The notes under the pieces: model-generated
Seen by the model: the letters and a program-made list of their open reading frames with translations, nothing else
Database searches by the model: none
Told to the model about the DNA's origin: nothing
Assembly: GCA_964016885.1 (NCBI GenBank)
Contig: OZ024740.1
Coordinates: 415,958,001-416,022,000 of the forward strand
DNA length: 64,000 bases
Reading direction: 5' to 3'
DNA from: Eledone cirrhosa
Lineage: Eukaryota
Program-made: the position numbers and the translations under genes
Shown: one piece after another, positions 12,784-27,400 of the stretch
How the letters are laid out: every line of letters starts with the position of its first letter
How positions within the stretch are numbered: position 1 is the first letter of the stretch

Positions 12784-15700
12784 ATTTACTAATCAAACCT
12801 TTAGAATTGCTAAATTTATTTACTATTCAAACCTTTAGAATTGCTAAATTTATTTACTAGTCACTCCTTTAGAATTGCTAAATGTATTTACTAATCACAC
12901 CTTTAGAATTGCTAAATTTATTTACAACTCAAACCTTTAGAATTGCTAAATTTATTAACTACTGAAACCTTTAGAATTGCTAAATTTATTCACTACTCAA
13001 ACCTTTAGAATTGCTAAATTTATTTACTACTCAAACCTTTAGAATTGCTAAATTTATTAACTACTCAAACCTTTAGAATTGCTCAAATTATTTACTACTC
13101 AAACCTTTAGAATTGCTAAACTTATTTACTACTCAAACCTTTAGAATTGCTAAATGTATTTACTACTAACACCTTTAGAATTGCTAAATTTATTTACTAT
13201 TCAAACCTTTAGAATTGCTAAATTTATTTACTACTCAAACCTTTAGAATTGCTAAATTTATTTACTACTCAAACCTTTAGAATTGCTAAATGTATTTACT
13301 ACTAACACCTTTAGAATTGCTAAATTTATTTACTACTCAAACCTTTAGAATTGCTAAATTTATTTACTACTCAAACCTTTAGAATTGCTAAATTTATTAA
13401 CTACTCAAACCTTTAGAGTTGCTAAACGTATTTACTACTCAAACCTTTGGAATTGCTAAATTTATTTACTACTCAAACCTTTAGAATTGCTAAATTTATT
13501 TACTACTCAAACCATTAGAATTGATGAATTTATTTACTACTAACACCTTTAGAATTGCTAAAATTATTTACTACTCAAACCTTTAGAATTGCTAAATTTA
13601 TTTACTATTCAAACCTTTAGAATTGCTAAATTTATTAACTACTCAAACCTTTAGAATTGCTAAATGTTTTTACTACTCAAACCTTTGGAATTGCTCAAAT
13701 TATTTACTACTCAAACCTTTAGAATTGCTAAATTTATTAACTACTCAAACCTTTAGAATTGCTAAATGTATTTACTACTCAAACCTTTGGAATTGCTAAA
13801 TTTATTTGCTACTCAAACCTTTAGAATTGCTAAATTTATTTACTACTCAAACCGTTAGAATTGCTAAATTTATTTACTACTCAAACCTTTAGAATTGCTA
13901 AATTTATTTACTACTCAAACCTTTAGAATTTGTAAATTTATTTACAACTCAAACCTTTAGAATTGCTAAATTTATTAACTACTGAAACCTTTAGAATTGC
14001 TAAATTTATTCACTACTCAAACCTTTAGAATTGCTAAATTTATTTACTACTCAAACCTTTAGAATTGCTAAATTTATTAACTACTCAAACCTTTAGAATT
14101 GCTCAAATTATTTACTACTCAAACCTTTAGAATTGCTAAACTTATTTACTACTCAAACCTTTAGAATTGCTAAATGTATTTACTACTAACACCTTTAGAA
14201 TTGCTAAATTTATTTACTACTCAAACCTTTAGAATTGCTAAATTTATTTACTACTCAAACCTTTAGAATTGCTAAATTTATTAACTACTCAAACCTTTAG
14301 AATTGCTAAAATTATTTACTACTCAAACCTTTAGAATTGCTAAATTTATTTAATATTCAAACCTTTAGAATTGCTAAATTTATTAACTACTCAAACCTTT
14401 AGAATTGCTAAATGTTTTTACTACTCAAACCTTTGGAATTGCTCAAATTATTTACTACTCAAACCTTTGGAATTGCTAAATTTATTAACTACTCAAACCT
14501 TTAGAATTGCTAAATGTATTTACTACTCAAACCTTTGGAATTGCTAAATTTATTTGCTACTCAAACCTTTAGAATTGCTAAATTTATTTACTACTCAAAC
14601 CGTTAGAATTGCTAAATTTATTTACTACTCAAACCTTTAGAATTGCTAAATTTATTTACTACTCAAACCTTTAGAATTTGTAAATTTATTTACAACTCAA
14701 ACCTTTAGAATTGCTAAATTTATTAACTACTGAAACCTTTAGAATTGCTAAATTTATTCACTACTCAAACCTTTAGAATTGCTAAATTTATTTACTACTC
14801 AAACCTTTAGAATTGCTAAATTTATTAACTACTCAAACCTTTAGAATTGCTCAAATTATTTACTACTCAAACCTTTAGAATTGCTAAACTTATTTACTAC
14901 TCAAACCTTTAGAATTGCTAAATGTATTTACTACTAACACCTTTAGAATTGCTAAATTTATTTACTACTCAAACCTTTAGAATTGCTAAATTTATTTACT
15001 ACTCAAACCTTTAGAATTGCTAAATTTATTAACTACTCAAACCTTTAGAATTGCTAAAATTATTTACTACTCAAACCTTTAGAATTGCTAAATTTATTTA
15101 ATATTCAAACCTTTAGAATTGCTAAATTTATTAACTACTCAAACCTTTAGAATTGCTAAATGTTTTTACTACTCAAACCTTTGGAATTGCTCAAATTATT
15201 TACTACTCAAACCTTTAGAATTGCTAAATTTATTAACTAATCAAACCTTTAGAATTGCTAAATGTATTTACTACTCAAACCTTTGGAATTGCTAAATTTA
15301 TTTACTACTCAAACCTCTAGAACTGCTAAATTTATTTACTAATCAAACCTTTAGAATTACTAAATATATTTACTACTCAAACCTTTTGAATTTGTAAATT
15401 TATTTACTACTCAAACCTTTAGAATTGCTTAATTTAATAACTACTCAAACCTTTAGAATTGCTAAATTTATTCACTACTCAAACCTTTAGAATTGCTAAA
15501 TTTATTTACTACTCAAACCTTTAGAATTGCTCAAATTATTTACTACTCACACCTTTAGAATTGCTAAATTTATTTACTAATCAAACCTTTAGAATTGCTA
15601 AATTTATTTACTATTCAAACCTTTAGAATTGCTAAATTTATTTACTAGTCACTCCTTTAGAATTGCTAAATGTATTTACTAATCACACCTTTAGAATTGC

Positions 15701-17847
15701 TAAATTTATTTACAACTCAAACCTTTAGAATTGCTAAATTTATTAACTACTGAAACCTTTAGAATTGCTAAATTTATTCACTACTCAAACCTTTAGAATT
15801 GCTAAATTTATTTACTACTCAAACCTTTAGAATTGCTAAATTTATTAACTACTCAAACCTTTAGAATTGCTCAAATTATTTACTACTCAAACCTTTAGAA
15901 TTGCTAAACTTATTTACTACTCAAACCTTTAGAATTGCTAAATGTATTTACTACTAACACCTTTAGAATTGCTAAATTTATATACTACTCAAACCTTTAG
16001 AATTGATAAATTTATTTACTACTCAAACCTTTAGAATTGCTAAATTTATTAACTACTCAAACCTTTAGAATTGCTAAAATTATTTACTACTCAAACCTTT
16101 AGAATTGCTAAATTTATTTAATATTCAAACCTTTAGAATTGCTAAATTTATTAACTACTCAAACCTTTAGAATTGCTAAATGTTTTTACTACTCAAACCT
16201 TTGGAATTGCTCAAATTATTTACTACTCAAACCTTTGGAATTGCTAAATTTATTAACTACTCAAACCTTTAGAATTGCTAAATGTATTTACTACTCAAAC
16301 CTTTGGAATTGCTAAATTTATTTGCTACTCAAACCTTTAGAATTGCTAAATTTATTTACTACTCAAACCGTTAGAATTGCTAAATTTATTTACTACTCAA
16401 ACCTTTAGAATTACTAAATTTATTTACTACTCAAACCTTTAGAATTTGTAAATTTATTTACAACTCAAACCTTTAGAATTGCTAAATTTATTAACTACTG
16501 AAACCTTTAGAATTGCTAAATTTATTTACTACTCAAACCTTTAGAATTGCTAAATTTATTAACTACTCAAACCTTTAGAATTGCTAAATGTATTTACTAC
16601 TCAAACCTTTGGAATTGCTAAATTTATTTACTACTCAAACCTCTAGAACTGCTAAATTTATTTACTAATCAAACCTTTAGAATTACTAAATATATTTACT
16701 ACTCAAACCTTTTGAATTTGTAAATTTATTTACTACTCAAACCTTTAGAATTGCTTAATTTAATAACTACTCAAACCTTTAGAACTGCTAAATTTATTCA
16801 CTACTCAAACCTTTAGAATTGCTAAATTTATTTACTACTCAAACCTTTAGAATTGCTCAAATTATTTACTACTCACACCTTTAGAATTGCTAAATTTATT
16901 TACTAATCAAACCTTTAGAATTGCTAAATTTATTTACTATTCAAACCTTTAGAATTGCTAAATTTATTTACTAGTCACTCCTTTAGAATTGCTAAATGTA
17001 TTTACTAATCACACCTTTAGAATTGCTAAATTTATTTACTACTCAAACCTTTAGAATTGCTAAATTTATTTACTACTCAAACCTTTAGAATTGCTAAATT
17101 TATTTACTATTCAAACCTTTAGAATTGCTAAATTTATTAACTACTCAAACCTTTAGAATTGCGAAATGTATTTACTACTCAAACCTTTGGAATTGCTAAA
17201 TTTATTTACTACTCAAACCTTTAGAATTGCTAAATTTATTTACTACTCAAACCTTTTGAATTGATGAATTTATTTACTACTCAAACCTTTAGAATTGCTA
17301 AATTTATTTACTACTCAAACCTTTAGAATTGCTAAATTTATTACTACTCAAACCTTTAGAATTGCTAAATTTATTAACTACTCAAACCTTTAGAATTGCT
17401 AAATTTATTCAATACTCAAACCTGTAGAATTGCTAAATTTATTCACTACTCAAACGTTTTGAATTGCTAAATTTATTTACTACTCAAACCTTTAGAATTG
17501 CTAAATTTATTTACTATTCAAACCTTTAGAATTGCTAAATTTATTAACTACTCAAACCTTTGGAATTGCTAAATGTATTTACTACTCAAACCTTTGGAAT
17601 TGCTAAATTTATTACTACTCAAACCTTTAGAATTGCTAAATTTATTAACTACTCAAACCTTTAGAATTGCTAAATTTATTTACTACTCAAACCTTTAGAA
17701 TTGCTAAATTTATTCACTACTCAAACCTTTAGAATTGCTAAATTTATTCACTACTCAAACCTTTTGAATTGCTAAATTTATTTACTACTCAAACCTTTAG
17801 AATGGCTAAATTTATTAACTACTCAAATCTTTAGAATTGCTCAAATT
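12784..17847. repeat. Super-HOR copy 3, 5,064 bp (13-monomer/442-bp deletion near 16.5 kb)
   Basis: GCGAAATG 12097 to 17161 and junction 12787 to 17851 are both +5064. The anchor spacing 16500 to 18028 is 1528 instead of 1970. Confidence 0.85.
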
Positions 17848-20800
17848 ATTTACTAATCAAACCTTTAGAATTGCTAAATTTATTTACTATTCAAACCTTT
17901 AGAATTGCTAAATTTATTTACTAGTCACTCCTTTAGAATTGCTAAATGTATTTACTAATCACACCTTTAGAATTGCTAAATTTATTTACAACTCAAACCT
18001 TTAGAATTGCTAAATTTATTAACTACTGAAACCTTTAGAATTGCTAAATTTATTCACTACTCAAACCTTTAGAATTGCTAAATTTATTTACTACTCAAAC
18101 CTTTAGAATTGCTAAATTTATTAACTACTCAAACCTTTAGAATTGCTCAAATTATTTACTACTCAAACCTTTAGAATTGCTAAACTTATTTACTACTCAA
18201 ACCTTTAGAATTGCTAAATGTATTTACTACTAACACCTTTAGAATTGCTAAATTTATTTACTACTCAAACCTTTAGAATTGCTAAATTTATTTACTACTC
18301 AAACCTTTAGAATTGCTAAATTTATTAACTACTCAAACCTTTAGAGTTGCTAAACGTATTTACTACTCAAACCTTTGGAATTGCTAAATTTATTTACTAC
18401 TCAAACCTTTAGAATTGCTAAATTTATTTACTACTCAAACCATTAGAATTGATGAATTTATTTACTACTAACACCTTTAGAATTGCTAAAATTATTTACT
18501 ACTCAAACCTTTAGAATTGCTAAATTTATTTACTATTCAAACCTTTAGAATTGCTAAATTTATTAACTACTCAAACCTTTAGAATTGCTAAATGTTTTTA
18601 CTACTCAAACCTTTGGAATTGCTCAAATTATTTACTACTCAAACCTTTAGAATTGCTAAATTTATTAACTACTCAAACCTTTAGAATTGCTAAATGTATT
18701 TACTACTCAAACCTTTGGAATTGCTAAATTTATTTGCTACTCAAACCTTTAGAATTGCTAAATTTATTTACTACTCAAACCGTTAGAATTGCTAAATTTA
18801 TTTACTACTCAAACCTTTAGAATTGCTAAATTTATTTACTACTCAAACCTTTAGAATTTGTAAATTTATTTACAACTCAAACCTTTAGAATTGCTAAATT
18901 TATTAACTACTGAAACCTTTAGAATTGCTAAATTTATTCACTACTCAAACCTTTAGAATTGCTAAATTTATTTACTACTCAAACCTTTAGAATTGCTAAA
19001 TTTATTAACTACTCAAACCTTTAGAATTGCTCAAATTATTTACTACTCAAACCTTTAGAATTGCTAAACTTATTTACTACTCAAACCTTTAGAATTGCTA
19101 AATGTATTTACTACTAACACCTTTAGAATTGCTAAATTTATTTACTACTCAAACCTTTAGAATTGCTAAATTTATTTACTACTCAAACCTTTAGAATTGC
19201 TAAATTTATTAACTACTCAAACCTTTAGAATTGCTAAAATTATTTACTACTCAAACCTTTAGAATTGCTAAATTTATTTAATATTCAAACCTTTAGAATT
19301 GCTAAATTTATTAACTACTCAAACCTTTAGAATTGCTAAATGTTTTTACTACTCAAACCTTTGGAATTGCTCAAATTATTTACTACTCAAACCTTTGGAA
19401 TTGCTAAATTTATTAACTACTCAAACCTTTAGAATTGCTAAATGTATTTACTACTCAAACCTTTGGAATTGCTAAATTTATTTGCTACTCAAACCTTTAG
19501 AATTGCTAAATTTATTTACTACTCAAACCGTTAGAATTGCTAAATTTATTTACTACTCAAACCTTTAGAATTGCTAAATTTATTTACTACTCAAACCTTT
19601 AGAATTTGTAAATTTATTTACAACTCAAACCTTTAGAATTGCTAAATTTATTAACTACTGAAACCTTTAGAATTGCTAAATTTATTCACTACTCAAACCT
19701 TTAGAATTGCTAAATTTATTTACTACTCAAACCTTTAGAATTGCTAAATTTATTAACTACTCAAACCTTTAGAATTGCTCAAATTATTTACTACTCAAAC
19801 CTTTAGAATTGCTAAACTTATTTACTACTCAAACCTTTAGAATTGCTAAATGTATTTACTACTAACACCTTTAGAATTGCTAAATTTATTTACTACTCAA
19901 ACCTTTAGAATTGCTAAATTTATTTACTACTCAAACCTTTAGAATTTCTAAATTTATTAACTACTCAAACCTTTAGAATTGCTAAAATTATTTACTACTC
20001 AAACCTTTAGAATTGCTAAATTTATTTAATATTCAAACCTTTAGAATTGCTAAATTTATTAACTACTCAAACCTTTAGAATTGCTAAATGTTTTTACTAC
20101 TCAAACCTTTGGAATTGCTCAAATTATTTACTACTCAAACCTTTAGAATTGCTAAATTTATTAACTAATCAAACCTTTAGAATTGCTAAATGTATTTACT
20201 ACTCAAACCTTTGGAATTGCTAAATTTATTTACTACTCAAACCTCTAGAACTGCTAAATTTATTTACTAATCAAACCTTTAGAATTACTAAATATATTTA
20301 CTACTCAAACCTTTTGAATTTGTAAATTTATTTACTACTCAAACCTTTAGAATTGCTTAATTTAATAACTACTCAAACCTTTAGAATTGCTAAATTTATT
20401 CACTACTCAAACCTTTAGAATTGCTAAATTTATTTACTACTCAAACCTTTAGAATTGCTCAAATTATTTACTACTCACACCTTTAGAATTGCTAAATTTA
20501 TTTACTAATCAAACCTTTAGAATTGCTAAATTTATTTACTATTCAAACCTTTAGAATTGCTAAATTTATTTACTAGTCACTCCTTTAGAATTGCTAAATG
20601 TATTTACTAATCACACCTTTAGAATTGCTAAATTTATTTACAACTCAAACCTTTAGAATTGCTAAATTTATTAACTACTGAAACCTTTAGAATTGCTAAA
20701 TTTATTCACTACTCAAACCTTTAGAATTGCTAAATTTATTTACTACTCAAACCTTTAGAATTGCTAAATTTATTAACTACTCAAACCTTTAGAATTGCTC

Positions 20801-21427
20801 AAATTATTTACTACTCAAACCTTTAGAATTGCTAAACTTATTTACTACTCAAACCTTTAGAATTGCTAAATGTATTTACTACTAACACCTTTAGAATTGC
20901 TAAATTTATATACTACTCAAACCTTTAGAATTGATAAATTTATTTACTACTCAAACCTTTAGAATTGCTAAATTTATTAACTACTCAAACCTTTAGAATT
21001 GCTAAAATTATTTACTACTCAAACCTTTAGAATTGCTAAATTTATTTAATATTCAAACCTTTAGAATTGCTAAATTTATTAACTACTCAAACCTTTAGAA
21101 TTGCTAAATGTTTTTACTACTCAAACCTTTGGAATTGCTCAAATTATTTACTACTCAAACCTTTGGAATTGCTAAATTTATTAACTACTCAAACCTTTAG
21201 AATTGCTAAATGTATTTACTACTCAAACCTTTGGAATTGCTAAATTTATTTGCTACTCAAACCTTTAGAATTGCTAAATTTATTTACTACTCAAACCGTT
21301 AGAATTGCTAAATTTATTTACTACTCAAACCTTTAGAATTGCTAAATTTATTTACTACTCAAACCTTTAGAATTTGTAAATTTATTTACAACTCAAACCT
21401 TTAGAATTGCTAAATTTATTAACTACT

Positions 21428-24400
21428 GAAACCTTTAGAATTGCTAAATTTATTTAATATTCAAACCTTTAGAATTGCTAAATTTATTAACTACTCAAAC
21501 CTTTAGAATTGCTAAATGTTTTTACTACTCAAACCTTTGGAATTGCTCAAATTATTTACTACTCAAACCTTTAGAATTGCTAAATTTATTAACTAATCAA
21601 ACCTTTAGAATTGCTAAATGTATTTACTACTCAAACCTTTGGAATTGCTAAATTTATTTACTACTCAAACCTCTAGAACTGCTAAATTTATTTACTAATC
21701 AAACCTTTAGAATTACTAAATATATTTACTACTCAAACCTTTTGAATTTGTAAATTTATTTACTACTCAAACCTTTAGAATTGCTTAATTTAATAACTAC
21801 TCAAACCTTTAGAATTGCTAAATTTATTCACTACTCAAACCTTTAGAATTGCTAAATTTATTTACTACTCAAACCTTTAGAATTGCTCAAATTATTTACT
21901 ACTCACACCTTTAGAATTGCTAAATTTATTTACTAATCAAACCTTTAGAATTGCTAAATTTATTTACTATTCAAACCTTTAGAATTGCTAAATTTATTTA
22001 CTAGTCACTCCTTTAGAATTGCTAAATGTATTTACTAATCACACCTTTAGAATTGCTAAATTTATTTACAACTCAAACCTTTAGAATTGCTAAATTTATT
22101 AACTACTGAAACCTTTAGAATTGCTAAATTTATTCACTACTCAAACCTTTAGAATTGCTAAATTTATTTACTACTCAAACCTTTAGAATTGCTAAATTTA
22201 TTAACTACTCAAACCTTTAGAATTGCTCAAATTATTTACTACTCAAACCTTTAGAATTGCTAAACTTATTTACTACTCAAACCTTTAGAATTGCTAAATG
22301 TATTTACTACTAACACCTTTAGAATTGCTAAATTTATTTACTACTCAAACCTTTAGAATTGCTAAATTTATTTACTACTCAAACCTTTAGAATTGCTAAA
22401 TTTATTAACTACTCAAACCTTTAGAGTTGCTAAACGTATTTACTACTCAAACCTTTGGAATTGCTAAATTTATTTACTACTCAAACCTTTAGAATTGCTA
22501 AATTTATTTACTACTCAAACCATTAGAATTGATGAATTTATTTACTACTAACACCTTTAGAATTGCTAAAATTATTTACTACTCAAACCTTTAGAATTGC
22601 TAAATTTATTTACTATTCAAACCTTTAGAATTGCTAAATTTATTAACTACTCAAACCTTTAGAATTGCTAAATGTTTTTACTACTCAAACCTTTGGAATT
22701 GCTCAAATTATTTACTACTCAAACCTTTAGAATTGCTAAATTTATTAACTACTCAAACCTTTAGAATTGCTAAATGTATTTACTACTCAAACCTTTGGAA
22801 TTGCTAAATTTATTTGCTACTCAAACCTTTAGAATTGCTAAATTTATTTACTACTCAAACCGTTAGAATTGCTAAATTTATTTACTACTCAAACCTTTAG
22901 AATTGCTAAATTTATTTACTACTCAAACCTTTAGAATTTGTAAATTTATTTACAACTCAAACCTTTAGAATTGCTAAATTTATTAACTACTGAAACCTTT
23001 AGAATTGCTAAATTTATTCACTACTCAAACCTTTAGAATTGCTAAATTTATTTACTACTCAAACCTTTAGAATTGCTAAATTTATTAACTACTCAAACCT
23101 TTAGAATTGCTCAAATTATTTACTACTCAAACCTTTAGAATTGCTAAACTTATTTACTACTCAAACCTTTAGAATTGCTAAATGTATTTACTACTAACAC
23201 CTTTAGAATTGCTAAATTTATTTACTACTCAAACCTTTAGAATTGCTAAATTTATTTACTACTCAAACCTTTAGAATTGCTAAATTTATTAACTACTCAA
23301 ACCTTTAGAATTGCTAAAATTATTTACTACTCAAACCTTTAGAATTGCTAAATTTATTTAATATTCAAACCTTTAGAATTGCTAAATTTATTAACTACTC
23401 AAACCTTTAGAATTGCTAAATGTTTTTACTACTCAAACCTTTGGAATTGCTCAAATTATTTACTACTCAAACCTTTGGAATTGCTAAATTTATTAACTAC
23501 TCAAACCTTTAGAATTGCTAAATGTATTTACTACTCAAACCTTTGGAATTGCTAAATTTATTTGCTACTCAAACCTTTAGAATTGCTAAATTTATTAACT
23601 ACTGAAACCTTTAGAATTGCTAAATTTATTCACTACTCAAACCTTTAGAATTGCTAAATTTATTTACTACTCAAACCTTTAGAATTGCTAAATTTATTAA
23701 CTACTCAAACCTTTAGAATTGCTCAAATTATTTACTACTCAAACCTTTAGAATTGCTAAACTTATTTACTACTCAAACCTTTAGAATTGCTAAATGTATT
23801 TACTACTAACACCTTTAGAATTGCTAAATTTATTTACTACTCAAACCTTTAGAATTGCTAAATTTATTTACTACTCAAACCTTTAGAATTGCTAAATTTA
23901 TTAACTACTCAAACCTTTAGAATTGCTAAAATTATTTACTACTCAAACCTTTAGAATTGCTAAATTTATTTAATATTCAAACCTTTTGAATTGCTAAATT
24001 TATTAACTACTCAAACCTTTAGAATTGCTAAATGTTTTTACTACTCAAACCTTTGGAATTGCTCAAATTATTTACTACTCAAACCTTTAGAATTGCTAAA
24101 TTTATTAACTAATCAAACCTTTAGAATTGCTAAATGTATTTACTACTCAAACCTTTGGAATTGCTAAATTTATTTACTACTCAAACCTCTAGAACTGCTA
24201 AATTTATTTACTAATCAAACCTTTAGAATTACTAAATATATTTACTACTCAAACCTTTTGAATTTGTAAATTTATTTACTACTCAAACCTTTAGAATTGC
24301 TTAATTTAATAACTACTCAAACCTTTAGAATTGCTAAATTTATTCACTACTCAAACCTTTAGAATTGCTAAATTTATTTACTACTCAAACCTTTAGAATT

Positions 24401-27400
24401 GCTCAAATTATTTACTACTCACACCTTTAGAATTGCTAAATTTATTTACTAATCAAACCTTTAGAATTGCTAAATTTATTTACTATTCAAACCTTTAGAA
24501 TTGCTAAATTTATTTACTAGTCACTCCTTTAGAATTGCTAAATGTATTTACTAATCACACCTTTAGAATTGCTAAATTTATTTACAACTCAAACCTTTAG
24601 AATTGCTAAATTTATTAACTACTGAAACCTTTAGAATTGCTAAATTTATTCACTACTCAAACCTTTAGAATTGCTAAATTTATTTACTACTCAAACCTTT
24701 AGAATTGCTAAATTTATTAACTACTCAAACCTTTAGAATTGCTCAAATTATTTACTACTCAAACCTTTAGAATTGCTAAACTTATTTACTACTCAAACCT
24801 TTAGAATTGCTAAATGTATTTACTACTAACACCTTTAGAATTGCTAAATTTATATACTACTCAAACCTTTAGAATTGATAAATTTATTTACTACTCAAAC
24901 CTTTAGAATTGCTAAATTTATTAACTACTCAAACCTTTAGAATTGCTAAAATTATTTACTACTCAAACCTTTAGAATTGCTAAATTTATTTAATATTCAA
25001 ACCTTTAGAATTGCTAAATTTATTAACTACTCAAACCTTTAGAATTGCTAAATGTTTTTACTACTCAAACCTTTGGAATTGCTCAAATTATTTACTACTC
25101 AAACCTTTGGAATTGCTAAATTTATTAACTACTCAAACCTTTAGAATTGCTAAATGTAATTTACTACTCAAACCTTTGGAATTGCTAAATTTATTTGCTA
25201 CTCAAACCTTTAGAATTGCTAAATTTATTTACTACTCAAACCGTTAGAATTGCTAAATTTATTTACTACTCAAACCTTTAGAATTGCTAAATTTATTTAC
25301 TACTCAAACCTTTAGAATTTGTAAATTTATTTACAACTCAAACCTTTAGAATTGCTAAATTTATTAACTACTGAAACCTTTAGAATTGCTAAATTTATTT
25401 AATATTCAAACCTTTAGAATTGCTAAATTTATTAACTACTCAAACCTTTAGAATTGCTAAATGTTTTTACTACTCAAACCTTTGGAATTGCTCAAATTAT
25501 TTACTACTCAAACCTTTAGAATTGCTAAATTTATTAACTAATCAAACCTTTAGAATTGCTAAATGTATTTACTACTCAAACCTTTGGAATTGCTAAATTT
25601 ATTTACTACTCAAACCTCTAGAACTGCTAAATTTATTTACTAATCAAACCTTTAGAATTACTAAATATATTTACTACTCAAACCTTTTGAATTTGTAAAT
25701 TTATTTACTACTCAAACCTTTAGAATTGCTTAATTTAATAACTACTCAAACCTTTAGAATTGCTAAATTTATTCACTACTCAAACCTTTAGAATTGCTAA
25801 ATTTATTTACTACTCAAACCTTTAGAATTGCTCAAATTATTTACTACTCACACCTTTAGAATTGCTAAATTTATTTACTAATCAAACCTTTAGAATTGCT
25901 AAATTTATTTACTATTCAAACCTTTAGAATTGCTAAATTTATTTACTAGTCACTCCTTTAGAATTGCTAAATGTATTTACTAATCACACCTTTAGAATTG
26001 CTAAATTTATTTACAACTCAAACCTTTAGAATTGCTAAATTTATTAACTACTGAAACCTTTAGAATTGCTAAATTTATTCACTACTCAAACCTTTAGAAT
26101 TGCTAAATTTATTTACTACTCAAACCTTTAGAATTGCTAAATTTATTAACTACTCAAACCTTTAGAATTGCTCAAATTATTTACTACTCAAACCTTTAGA
26201 ATTGCTAAACTTATTTACTACTCAAACCTTTAGAATTGCTAAATGTATTTACTACTAACACCTTTAGAATTGCTAAATTTATTTACTACTCAAACCTTTA
26301 GAATTGCTAAATTTATTTACTACTCAAACCTTTAGAATTGCTAAATTTATTAACTACTCAAACCTTTAGAGTTGCTAAACGTATTTACTACTCAAACCTT
26401 TGGAATTGCTAAATTTATTTACTACTCAAACCTTTAGAATTGCTAAATTTATTTACTACTCAAACCATTAGAATTGATGAATTTATTTACTACTAACACC
26501 TTTAGAATTGCTAAAATTATTTACTACTCAAACCTTTAGAATTGCTAAATTTATTTACTATTCAAACCTTTAGAATTGCTAAATTTATTAACTACTCAAA
26601 CCTTTAGAATTGCTAAATGTTTTTACTACTCAAACCTTTGGAATTGCTCAAATTATTTACTACTCAAACCTTTAGAATTGCTAAATTTATTAACTACTCA
26701 AACCTTTAGAATTGCTAAATGTATTTACTACTCAAACCTTTGGAATTGCTAAATTTATTTGCTACTCAAACCTTTAGAATTGCTAAATTTATTTACTACT
26801 CAAACCGTTAGAATTGCTAAATTTATTTACTACTCAAACCTTTAGAATTGCTAAATTTATTTACTACTCAAACCTTTAGAATTTGTAAATTTATTTACAA
26901 CTCAAACCTTTAGAATTGCTAAATTTATTAACTACTGAAACCTTTAGAATTGCTAAATTTATTCACTACTCAAACCTTTAGAATTGCTAAATTTATTTAC
27001 TACTCAAACCTTTAGAATTGCTAAATTTATTAACTACTCAAACCTTTAGAATTGCTCAAATTATTTACTACTCAAACCTTTAGAATTGCTAAACTTATTT
27101 ACTACTCAAACCTTTAGAATTGCTAAATGTATTTACTACTAACACCTTTAGAATTGCTAAATTTATTTACTACTCAAACCTTTAGAATTGCTAAATTTAT
27201 TTACTATTCAAACCTTTAGAATTGCTAAATTTATTTACTAGTCACTCCTTTAGAATTGCTAAATGTATTTACTAATCACACCTTTAGAATTGCTAAATTT
27301 ATTTACAACTCAAACCTTTAGAATTGCTAAATTTATTAACTACTGAAACCTTTAGAATTGCTAAATTTATTCACTACTCAAACCTTTAGAATTGCTAAAT

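Noticed and set aside
25011-25247. 78-aa ORF from the ORF track
   Set aside because: It is a translation of the satellite itself. It is open only because the TTTGGAATTGCTCA variant removes the usual TAG/TAA stops and the +1 insertion at 25,158 shifts frame before the next stops. It has a TTG start and no sign of a gene context.
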